A DNA stretch of 63,821 nucleotides, filler included, from Octopus bimaculoides (Eukaryota): NCBI RefSeq assembly GCF_001194135.2. It is 5 parts of 5 records of this genome, joined end to end, with 100 filler letters (N's around TTAATTAATTAA, not from the genome) between each part and the next. Parts side by side here need not be neighbours in the genome. Positions count along the whole stretch, not along the records: positions 19,463 to 41,746 come from NC_068983.1; 4 more parts are not named here. One strand, given 5' to 3'. The notes beneath the pieces are model-generated. The model did no database searches. It was not told the DNA's origin and saw only the letters and a list, made by a program, of their open reading frames with translations. Below, piece after piece: positions 25,216 to 36,939 of the stretch. Positions within the stretch are counted from its first letter, which is position 1. Every line of letters starts with the position of its first letter. Position numbers and translations under genes: made by a program.

Positions 25216-25590
25216 GGTGCAGGTGTGGTTGTGTGGTAAAAAGTTTGCTCCACAACTACATGGCTCCAGGTTCAGTCCCAATGTGTGGCATCTTAGGCAA
25301 ATGCCTTCTACTATAACTTTGGGCTGACCAAAGCTGTGTGAGTGGATTGGATAGGCAGAAACTGAAAGGAGCCCAGTGCGTGCGTGCGTGCGTTCTCCAT
25401 CACTACTTGACAAGCGGTGTTAGTGTATTTACATCCCTGTAACTTAGTGTTCAGCAAGAGGAACCAATAGAATAAGTACCAGGTGTAAAAAGAAAATAAA
25501 TACTGGTTGATTCATGTGGCTAAAATCCTTCAAGCCTGTGCCCCAGCACGGCCACAGTCTAATGACTGAAACAAGTAAACAATAAAAGAT
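25216..25590 (+). mobile_element. SINE family A, diverged
   Basis: Head, body and cagtctaatgactgaaacaagtaaa tail are present, with many CpG-to-TpG changes. Confidence 0.85.
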
Positions 25591-26010
25591 AGACACTCCA
25601 GTAACAAGCCAATGAAGAATCCTCTGCACAGTTGCTTAACCTGTTAGAAATAGCAGCCAAATCTCCCCCATTCTCTCTCTAACACAAACCCTGCCATCAT
25701 GGGAAAGGAAAGAGAACACAATGGATAATTTATCCCTACATGCCACTAAAACTTTGGAATCATCATGGCAGGAATGCTTTTAATCAGCGGTCTCTTCAAT
25801 CATGGCCAATCTGAAGCTAAACAACAACAACAACAACAACAAAAGCAGGAATGAAGGAATTAGTAACTTACAAAAGGAAAAAAACAGGGAAAACAAGCCC
25901 CTTCAAATTGAGAATAGGATCAGTGAGATACTGAGGGAAATGGTATACAAAATAAATTAAAAGATAGATAAAAACAAGCGAAAGCGAAATCGTGGGCACG
26001 TGTAAAGACA

Positions 26011-26302
26011 TTTGAGCGAGATCGTTGCCAGCTCCGCTGGACTGGCTCCTGTGCAGGTGGCATGTAAAATACACCATTTTGAGTTTGGCCGTTGCCAGTA
26101 CCACCTGACTGGCCTTCGTGCCGGTGGCACATAAAAACACCCACTACACTCTCGGAGTGGTTGGCGTTAGGAAGGGCATCCAGCTGTAGAAACTCTGCCA
26201 AATCAGATTGGAGCCTGGTGTAGCCATCTGGTTCACCAGTCCTCAGTCAAATCGTCCAACCCATGCTAGCATGGAAAGCGGACGTTAAACGATGATGATG
26301 AT
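26011..26302 (+). mobile_element. RTE-clade LINE 3' UTR with (GAT)n tail
   Basis: Reverse complement of the 10668-11050 UTR, ending ggaaagcggacgttaaacgatgatgatgat. Confidence 0.85.
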
Positions 26303-27361
26303 AAAAAAAAGAAATAGACAATAAGCTGGAAGATAAATTTAAGATAGAATAATTGTTTCTGCATTATATATATGCTAAAATTAATAGCTAAAGCCTAAAA
26401 TACTATTAGTTCACTTTATCAGTTAAACATATACACAATCAGCTCTTTGACAATTTTTGATAGCTAAAAAGACAGTTCCAATTAATTTTCAATATATCAA
26501 GCTTTTAGAAAGGTTTAGTATAATATAATTGTTGTTTAGTCCCAGGTCAGCCTTAACTAAGCAGACCCACATTCAAAAGACATTCCACTTTGACCATTCT
26601 GTTCTTCTCTCAAACATTGTATATCTAGGATTGCATTATCTTATCTGCCTCTCTCTTTTCAAAATGCTAGGACTAAACCCAAGGAAAATTTGAGTGCCTA
26701 TTTCTAGCGAATCGAGTGATCATACAAAGGACCCTTTGATAGTTTGTGGGATGAAGTGATGAAAAATAAGTCTTCAGTTGTTGAGCTTCATAGCAGAGAT
26801 GATTTTAATGGCCCACGATGACAGGTGATTTGCTATATCTAAGAAAACCCTTCCAGTTCAGTAAAATTGAAGCCACAGAGGCATGACCAATGCTCTGCAC
26901 AAAATCTGTCCCTCACAATCCATCTTCCTACCACCTCCCTCATCCCTTACCTGGGTTCACCATTTGCTGTCTTCCCCTCTCCTCATGGAAAGAAGACATT
27001 AAATGATGATGATGTAAATTAGAAAGCTGTGGGTGAAATAAAAATGTAAACACATTCCTCCTGTGCTTTTGATATGCAGGGTTAAAAGGAGAACAGAGTC
27101 TCCTGATGGACCACTGAATGTTTTCTTGACTGCTTCTCAGTGTTGAGCATGAAATATCATCGTTTAACTTCCTCTTTTCACACTGGCATGAGCTGGACAG
27201 TTTGACAGGCTCCAATAGATCCAAGGGCAGTATTGTGCACCAATGTCTGCTCTGGCATGGTTTCTAGGGCTGGATGCCCTTCATAATGCCGACCACTTCA
27301 CACCATGTACTGCATCCTTTTTTCATAACACCAGCACTATTGAGGTTGCTATACAGCTATA

Positions 27362-27830
27362 TAGTAGCTGAATATTCTATTCTATTGATTGAGAAATTAA
27401 ACTAGGTTTGCTTTTGAGGAGCAATTAAAAAAACTATGAAATGGTCTATTAGAAGACTCTCCTCTCTTTTTTTCTGTACATCAAAAACATAGAAGTAATG
27501 TGCTTACATCAACATTATTTTATGTCCATTTTTTCCCCCATGCTTGCATAGGTTGGATGCAACACAGCATCTCACTATTAGTTGTGGATTATAATCATCA
27601 TCACCATCATCATCTTCATGAGGTTTAGCATTCTGAGATCAGTTTTCATTACTTCTTATGAATATATAATAAATAAAAAAATCTAGTAGCTGAATATTTC
27701 TATTCTATTGATTGAGAACGTAAACTAGGTTTATCTCTGAGGAGCAATTGAAAAAAAAAAAGTCTATCAAGAAACTCTCCCCCCCTTTTTTTTTCTGTAC
27801 ATCAAAAAAATAGAAAAAATTTGTTTACAT
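27362..27830. repeat. Local direct duplication: about 150-bp block at 27362-27510 and 27685-27830
   Basis: tagtagctgaatatt.ctattctattgattgagaa..taaactaggttt...ctgtacatcaaaaa.atagaa occurs twice. Confidence 0.85.
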
Positions 27831-30800
27831 TCTAATTTTATCCATAGCTAGGTTTTGTAATATTTAAATTAATTTTGTTTACTTATTCATATTATAATCT
27901 GATTTTGGACTTGAAATTTCAGTTTAAATAGGATGACATTAGTTTGCTCTGTCTCAGGCAAGGCTGGTATGAAAATGACTATGATTATGGTTAATGATAT
28001 CTATCAGTAACCAACAGTAAGTAACTGAGCTACAGTGGGATATTTGAGATTCCTACTCTTGAAATAGTAGTTTATTGACAGAATATAAAATATAGTGACT
28101 GTGAGGTTACTATATACATATATATATCAGTACTTCCCAATCTGTTTGACATTGCAGCAAACTGGAGATCAAACAAAAACATTTCTGGCACACTTTGCGT
28201 GAAGGTTTTTCAAAAATACTATGTTGAAAAATTCAGAAAAAAAGAAGCACTGAAAACTATTGCTTATCTTCTTTCATACCTATGTATAACTAAATTATGA
28301 ATAGCACATTTTTCAAGACACTCAAGCATTAGTGTTAGATTTTTTTTATCATCTTAAATTATATTTTTATCATTTTGCAGTACATCGTGATACACCTTGC
28401 AAGCACACTAGTGTATAGCCTTTCAGAACCATAACTATATATCGACAAGACATATAGTAAAAATGGAGTCAGTAAATAAAAATAAAATGGTTTTAGCAAA
28501 TTTAGATGTTGAACAATTTTCTTTATAATTAAATATCAATATACTCTTTACATAAAGAAAAGCAAAATTTTTTTCATAACGCACACTAAAACATCAATAA
28601 ATTTAGGGATAAGTATGTATAAAAAAAGAGGAAAAGTAAAGTGGAATAACCTAACAGAACACTATCAACAGTAGTTCCCTCTAAATGTCATCAAATTATC
28701 CAAATAAGAAAAACTTAGCACAAGTGTAGACCAAGGATCTCAACAGTTATTCAAATAGTCCCAGACATGATCTAATATAACCTACTATTTCATAAGACAG
28801 TAAATGTGATTTAAGGGGGATTTGGTTACTATTTAGAGTAGGTCAAGTGAAACTGTAGAATCTCCTGTTAGTTTTGTCTCCTATTTCTGCTGATTGCAAT
28901 AGATGGTTGAAATCAAATCATTTTCTCTCCAGCAAATCCAGCAGAAACAGAAGGCTCAACCTCCAGTAAATCTTATGAAAGCTGAATTAGTGTTGAATTT
29001 AGTATAGCTGGATGACTCAACTCTCAAATGTTTGCAAACTGACAGCAAAGAGAGGTTACTTCCATTACTGATTGTTGAGAATAATCAACATTTGTAGGAA
29101 TTCCTTGCTTTGACTTATATGGCTTTCCACATGTATCACCAGTATCAACATTATTATATGTCCATTTCTTTTGATGCAACACAGCATCTCACCATTACTT
29201 GTGGGATCATAGTGGTCATCATTACCATAATCTTCATCATCATCATCATCATCATCATCATCTTCATGAGTTTCAGCATTCTGAGATAAGCCATCTCTAC
29301 TTCTCATGCCTTCTGCCACAAATTCCTTTCACTTATATAGTTTGGTACATCTTTACACAAATATCAAAATTCATAAACTTCACACATCATTCCAGTGCAC
29401 ACCACAGCTGATTGTTCCATTTTATACTCAATTTTCCACTCAGCTCATTTGACCTCTATCGTTTATGCACACAAACAAGGAGACCATGATCACATAAATT
29501 GCTTCCTACACTTCACACATCTTCTGCATTCATTGCTCATATTTTGCAATTATTCAGTAACACATTTCATACACATATCACACAACTTTTGCTAAAAGAG
29601 AGAATTCCTTTGTTGTCAGCAGAAGTTATAGCTTCCTGAACTTTTTCCACCCTTACCATATTTTCAAAATATCCACCTCCACAAATGATTAGGTCACTTA
29701 GAAAACAAACTACTGCTTCTAGAGAGCTTTCTGGAACTTTAAAACAATTTCATGAATGTTCTCATTGCTAACTTCCATTGTGTACCTGCTGAATAGGGAC
29801 TCCATCTCTATCAGCCTACATGTGATCCTATTGCATCTCTTGTGTTTATAACACAATTTACATTGGACAAACTGTATAGACATCTTATCAAGACCTATTT
29901 TACATTTCAAGCAAAGTTACTTTCCAAATGGCAGAAGAGATCTATATTTTTTCTTGTTGAGACTTTTGTCTTTGCCAGGTTTTACTTTCATACTACTAGA
30001 TTCTAGGCTCTGCATTCATCAGGTTTGGAATCTTTCCTCTGATTTGGCTATCAGAACCAGCTAGCAAGCATACAAGTGTTCCTAAAAATGCCAGTCTTGA
30101 ACTCTTCTCCTGTAAACAAAAATATTACTGGCACACATTGCATGAAAACTTTAAACAAGATATTGTGCCAAAAACTGGAGAACTAAGAGAAGGGATATGA
30201 AAACTAAACCTTGATAGACACCTACTGTACACTAAATTTTTTACTGAACATTTTATACTATAACTTTCACCTCACTGACAGCAACTCTGGGTATTGTTTT
30301 CTTTTTTTTACATGCAAATGTATGTATTAGCGTGTGTGTGGATGTACACACACGCGCGCGCGCGCGTACATCCACACACACATGTATGTGTTTCCCACTT
30401 TTCAAAATCAATTTGTATCTGTCACAAAAAAGTTAACATTTCTATCTTCATAGAATTAATAGAAAGTGTTTGCTATGTTTCTTGTACAATACTAGCTCAA
30501 CAGTAAATAATTAATACATATATATATACATAGACATACTCAATTTCAATTAGAAAACTGAAAGGCTAATATTTCTTCCATCTCTTAAGCGAATATTTAA
30601 AAAGTGAAGACAAGAATTATTGAATGAAATACAGAAAAACATCTCTTTATTTCTATTTGATATCAATAAGATAAAAGCAAATATATTAAGTAATTTTGGC
30701 CTACATTTTATAATCAATTCTAAATTTCCATGTATACATATATTGTGTATGTACAGATGTGTGTGTGTGTGTGTGTGTATAAATATATATATTTACACAC

Positions 30801-31212
30801 ACACAATTATACATACACAATAGAATGCACAACTAGATAAATTGAATTATAATTTTTTTTTTTTTTTGCTTATTGCTATAATTGTTTCTTAGCTTCACCT
30901 CCACACCACTTGTAACTTCTACTGATGAATTACCTACTGGCAGAGAGATTTATGAGTTGGTCGGACGTATGTTAAAGCTACATTTCTTGCTAGGTTTACT
31001 TTCTTGCAAGTTTAGAGGAGTTTTCTTTTCTGGCTTTTTTTACATGAAAACTGACCAGGGATTTTTTTTATTTTAACCCTTTAGTGGCATTATGCTGCCC
31101 AAATATTCCATCCACTTTATGTTGAAACTGGCCAGATCTGGTCTCTCACACCTAGCCTGTAACAACATTCTAAAAATAATCACATCTTTGAAATCTCAAA
31201 TCTACAAGGTTG

Positions 31213-31584
31213 TATTCTTTTACTTGCTTCAGTCATTTGACTGTGGTCATGCTGGAGCACCACCTTCAAGACTTTTTTAGTGAAAGAAATCAACCCCAGG
31301 ACTTATTCTTTGTAAGCCTAGTACTTACTCTATCAGTCTCTTTTGTCGAACTGCTATGTTATGAGGACATAAGCACACCAACATCAATTGTCAAGCGATG
31401 GTAGGGAAATAAACACAGACATATATATATAGGCTTCTTCAGTTTCTGTCAAGCAGATCTACTCATAGGGCTTTGGTCAGCAGAGGCTATAGTAGCAGAC
31501 ACTTGCCCAAGGCACCATGTAGTGGGACTAAACTCAGAACCATGTGGTTGAGAAGCAAGCATCTTACTACACAGCCATGCCTGC
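31213..31584 (-). mobile_element. SINE family A
   Basis: Reverse complement of the family A tail, body and head. Confidence 0.88.
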
Positions 31585-31614
31585 AGACATAAATTTCTTA
31601 AAATGTTAATGAAT

Positions 31615-31779
31615 AAGCAGCAGTGGCTGTTGTGGTAAGTAGCTTGCTTACCAACGACATGGTTCCGGGTTCAGTCCCACTGCGTGGTACCTTAGGCAAG
31701 TGTCTTCTACTATAGTCTCAAGCTGATCAAGACCTTGTGAATGGATTTGGTAGACGGAAACCGAAAGAAGCCCGTCGTA

Positions 31780-31822
<43 letters not shown>

Positions 31823-32030
31823 TTGTTTGTTTGTGTTTGTCCCCCCCACCGTCGCTTGACAACCGATGCTGGTGTGTTTACCACCCCGTAACTTAGCGGT
31901 TCAGCAAAAAGAGACCGATAGAATAAGTACTAGGCTTACAAATAATAAGTCCTGGGGTCGATTTTCTCGACTAAAGGCGGTGCTCCAGCATGGCCGCAGT
32001 CAGGTGACTGAAACAAGTAAAAGAGTATAG
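31615..32030 (+). mobile_element. SINE family A
   Basis: Full head, (TA)n/(TG)n centre and tail. Confidence 0.9.
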
Positions 32031-32568
32031 AGTAAAGAGAGTATTACATCTGACAAAGTAATCTGAATGCAAAAGGGTTATGAAAGGGAGATTGAAGATG
32101 TAATATTCATGTCTTTTCCAAATACTTTTGAAATGTAAGAAAGAGAAAAGAACAACAAGCACACCACAAAATGTAGCTACTGAATATCATATAAATAAAG
32201 ATACAGAGATTACTACAATTTACAAATGTTAGATGCAGCAAAACAAATTTTTACACCTTCGCTGATTTCCACCTTTTCTCTTTTAATCACCTCTATGAAA
32301 TTAATTGGTTCCAAAACTAGGTCATTGATTGAGTTAACTTTATCAAAAAGTTACTGCCACAAAATCATAAAATGAAAAATAAAAATTTTTTTAAAAAAAG
32401 TTTGCTTTTCAACCACATTGTGCTGGGCTCAGTGTCACTGTGTTGCACTGTGGACAAGTGTCTTCTACTATAGCCAGAGGCTGACCAAAGCCTTGTGAGT
32501 GGATTTGGTAGACAGAAACTGAAAGAAACCCATTTTACACACTTACACACACATGGAAAGGATTATTA

Positions 32569-32612
<44 letters not shown>

Positions 32613-32617
32613 TTTAT

Positions 32618-32830
32618 TAAGGTGGTGAGCTAGCAGAATTCTTAGCATGCTAGGCAAAATGTTAGACAGCATTTTGTCTGTCTTTACATTCTGAGTTCAA
32701 ATTCCGCTGAGTTTGACTTGATTTTTCGTCCTTTCAGGGATGAAATAAGTACAAGTCACACACTGGGGTCAATGTAATCAACTTACTCCTCCCTGAAAAT
32801 TCCAAGCATTGTACCTGTGGTAGAAAGGAT
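32618..32830 (+). mobile_element. SINE family B
   Basis: aaggtggtgagctagcagaatt...ttctgagttcaaattccgctgagtttgac; further decayed fragments extend to about 33660. Confidence 0.8.
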
Positions 32831-32853
32831 TATTATCATTATTATCATTATTA

Positions 32854-32887
<34 letters not shown>

Positions 32888-33854
32888 GTACAATGGATTG
32901 TTGAAATCACTAGAGTGTTGAACACAAAGCTTTGCAGCATTTAATCCGACTCTTTGCATTCAAATCTTACCATAATCAACTTTGCTTTCCATCCTTTTGA
33001 GGTTGATAAAATAAAGTACCAGTCAAGTATTGGGGTCAATTTAATCAAGTAACCCTGACAAAAAAAAAAAGAAAAAAAAACTTCAGGTTTTCTGCCTTTA
33101 TCAAACATTATTATTGTTGTTCATAAAATAAAAGGGCAGTAGACTGATAGAATCAATTAGAAAAAGTACCTGGTGGTACTTAATCTGGTTCTTTGCATTT
33201 TAAGTTCAAATCTTGCTGAAGTCAGCTTTGCCTTTCATTCCTCTATTGTGGATAAAATAAAGTACTATACTAATTTAATTGATTTTACTCCTCCCATCAA
33301 AACTGCTGGCTTTGTGCCTAAATCAGACACTATTTTTGAAGACAGTGGGCAGCCAGAATCATTGGAGCATTAGAAAAACTGGCTCACAGTATTTGTTTAC
33401 AGTCTTTAAATGTGAGTGGGGGGTACTAGTTGTTAACATCAACCCAAGTGCTCAGTTGGTAATTACTTTACTGACTCCAAAAGGATGAAAGGCAAAGTTG
33501 ACCTTGGCTGCATTTGAATAATAATAACAATCCTTTCCATTATAAGTACAAGGCTTGAGATTTTAGATGGGGCTACTCGATCACATCAATCCCAGTGCTT
33601 AACTGGTACTTATTTTATCAACCCTGAAAGGACAAAATGCAATGGTGACCTTGGCTGCATTTTGATATCTAATTTAGACAAAAAGCCAACAATTTTGTGG
33701 TGAGCAGGTGGAATATTCTAAAGAGATCCCCTTCTCTTCACTCCTTTTCTACCTATCAATAATGCCTTTAACTCATTTAAAATGCTTGACGTAAATTTAC
33801 GCATGCAATGTTCATGCTTTAAATCGGTCAATGTAATTATATGCCACCTGACTA

Positions 33855-34723
33855 CCATAAATCCAAGTATAATCTGCATTTTTACCCCAAAATTTAGAGG
33901 TCAAAATCCCTAGTGCGTACTATATACGAGGTTACAAATGAAAAATACTTTCTAAGCAATGTCTGAGTCTCTATTTGCTGTCTGGCAATCTTTATTCAGA
34001 GGCATTTTGTGATGTCGGGCGCGAAAATACTTTAAGCTATATTTATTTTTCACTGACGTTATTACTGTTATTTCTTTATTTTCTGCAAACAAAGTGCACA
34101 AAAAAGCTACACGTTTGCATTATGTTATATATACAATAATAATAAAGGACGTTACCGTATATATGTTTACAAACGTAGACGTAGGAGTGGCTGTGTGGTA
34201 AGTAGCTTGCTTACGAACCACATGGTTCTGGGTTCAGTCCCACTGCGTGGCACCTTGGGCAAGTGTCTTCTACTATAGCCTCGGGCCGACCAAAGCCTTG
34301 TGAGTGGATTTGGTAGACGGAAACTGAAAGAAGCCCGTCATATATGTGTATNNNNNNNNNNNNNNNNNNNNNNNNNNNNNNNNNNNNNNNNNNNNNNNNN
34401 NNNNNNNNNNNNNNNNTCCCCACCAACATCGCTTGACAACCGATGCTGGTGTGCTTAGGTCCCCGTAACTTAGCGGTCCGGCAAAAAGAGACCGATAGAA
34501 TAAGTACTAGGCTTACAAAGAATAAGTCCTGGGGTCGATTTGATTCGACTAAAGGCGGTGCTCCAGCATGGCCACAGTCAAATGACTGAAACAAGTAAAA
34601 GAATAAAAGAATAAACCAAGGACATTATATCAACCTCCTTGGTTTAGGTTTTTCAAAAGTACAGCTTCCTAAAAATCCCCTGCATATTATACTCAAGGGC
34701 GGACTATACTCGAGGATTTATGG
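33855..34723. mobile_element. Non-autonomous TA-targeting DNA element (pogo/Tigger-like MITE) inserted in the piggyBac
   Basis: Left end TA|ccataaatccaagtataatctgc and right end gcggactatactcgaggatttatgg|TA are inverted repeats. TA duplication at 33853-33854 and 34724-34725. Confidence 0.8.
34178..34614 (+). mobile_element. SINE family A (young, CpGs intact) nested in the MITE
   Basis: Full head and tail with an internal N gap. Confidence 0.9.
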
Positions 34724-34828
34724 TAAATACCAGTCCACTTGCCAACTGATAGGCTGATTAAATGTTTTATGTAAATATTTACAACCTGAGGGGCTGGTCC
34801 TGCCACTCCAGCTCTGTCAACGTTATCA

Positions 34829-36570
34829 TTGCATCCAGTTTCATTGAATTTATGGTCATCATGTCTTACCACTCCAGGTCCATCAACTTTGTCAAGGCGA
34901 ACTGCTTCATCAAATTTACAGTTGTCGCACCAAGCTACACCAAGCTCCACCACCTCACCAGTTGTTTCTTCCAGTTCAGACGATGACTCAGAGAGTGAGT
35001 ATCTTGGTAGTTCAGAATCAGATGATTCCGATAGTAATGATGATATTCCAGTGAATAAAAGGTGCAGGCAGCAGTGAATGTCGTGTGGCAAGCAAGAGAT
35101 AATTTCGTCCGACAGCATGAGTTTACTGGTACACCTGGCATAAAGGCAAAAACCTTGAATATGGAAGTTCACCACTGGAAATCTTTCACGAGTTTTTGAT
35201 GGATGAAATGTTCCAATACATAGCAGATGAAATGAATGACTATGCTGAAATCCATCCTCAGCATGTCAGACCCAGGCATGGTGGTGATTGGTTTCCAACC
35301 ACAGGGAACCAAATCAAAATTCTGCTTGCCCCGCTGATACTGATGGGTATTGTGAAGAAACCGTTCTTGGCATCATATTGGAATTGGGATCCAGCCATGT
35401 TGACCACTTTCTTTCTGGAAACAATGCCATGTGATTGATTTTTGGCACTTCTTCAAAATCTACATTTCAAGAACCAGGATGACAGGCTGCACAAAATACA
35501 TCCTATCATTGACAAAGTGGATGAAAATTTCAGAACAGTGTATGTCCTCACATAGGACATTTTGTACAGACGGGAGTTTGTGGAAATTCAAAGGAAGGCT
35601 CTAATTCAAACAATACAACCCAACCAAAGTGCTCACTTTGGAGTCAAGGTTTATAAAGTATGCCTGTCAACTGGCAGAGCCTGTGAGTACACATGAAATT
35701 ACAAAATCTACACTGGTCAGGACAGATTGGATCTTCCAGCATCTACACTAGCGTCAACTGATGTGTTATCACTGAATGAAAACTTGTCTGACAAAGGCTA
35801 CAATATTTATATGGACAACTGGTTTTCCAGTCCAGACCTCTTCCTGCACCTACAGGCAAGGAGGACAAATGCCTGTGGGACTGTGAGGACACACAGAAAA
35901 AACATGCCACCTGATCTTCACAAGATAAAACTTCGGGAAGGGAAACAGTGTACTAATGCACCAATAGTGACATTCTCGCTCTAGCATGGCGTGACAAGAA
36001 AAACATCTGCATGTTATCCACAATGCATTTTGTAAGCATGAAGGACACTAGAAAACAAGATGCAGATGGTAATGCCATAATAAAACCAAGTGTAGCTGTT
36101 TCATACAATGAAGGGATCGGTGGAGTCGATCGCTCAGATCAGCAGGTGATGACACACAAATCAGTGAGAAAATTTGTGAAATGGCTCAAAAAAATTTTCT
36201 TGTATATAGTTGGCATGTGTGTCATAAACTCACATTTGATTTAGCAGATGCTTGCTGATGTGGGGGATGGATTGACATTCAGGAATCTATTGTTCTGTGA
36301 AATGATAGAAGTATCAGCCCTGCCAAAGTACAGAACGCGCGGATGTCACCACGCCAGTCTTTCTCCTCACGACATGGTGAAGGGACATGGACATTTTCCA
36401 TGACTGTTTCCTCACCACCACCAAGAAGACAAATTCTTCAGAGAGATGCACAGTATGTAAAGCAAAAGGAAAATGTATGGAAACTAGATACCATTGTTCA
36501 CAATACGATTGATATGCCACTGTGTGTGGTATCCTGTTTTGAACTCTACCACAATAAAGGCAATTTTTGA
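34829..36570 (+). pseudogene. piggyBac transposase pseudogene
   Basis: Acidic N-terminus, then DGSLWKFKGR (DES-like), YMDNWFSS and GGVDRSDQ catalytic motifs, and a C-terminal RCTVC..ETRYHC..PLCVVSCFELYH Cys-rich domain. Multiple stops and frameshifts. Confidence 0.9.
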
Positions 36571-36939
36571 ATTCATGTGATTGTAAATACATGCAGTTGA
36601 TTTGATTTGTGCTGCTGAGTGATCTTATTCAGGAATAATACTGCATAAGCATCCTGCACAGGGATATACTTTAGGTAAATAAACAGAACTTGCACTAAAG
36701 TGGTTGATGTAAATATAAGTGAAATGTAATCTTGCATTGAGTGCTGATCTCAATTGGTGTGATTACCATTGCCACATGCAGGCAACCAAATGAATCACCA
36801 CCATAAACTGGTTAAAGCGGTTGATGTAAATATATGCTGAACTACTGTCATGCGATAATTGCTGATCTCAGCCGAGATGATTACCATCAATGCAACTTAG
36901 CTGTTCGATAAAAAAAAAACTGTTGTCATGGGTTTTAAC

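Larger units (their letters stand above)
33768..36600 (+). mobile_element. Dead piggyBac-superfamily (PGBD4-like) transposon
   Basis: TTAA followed by a terminal-like ctcattt...gacgtaaatttacg at 33768, then transposase remnants at 34829-36570. The right TIR was not identified, so the right boundary is approximate. Confidence 0.85.

Noticed and set aside
27958-28016. Plus-strand segment with a good acceptor (ctctgtctcag) and donor (gtaagt)
   Set aside because: All three frames contain stops; no support beyond the splice-like motifs.
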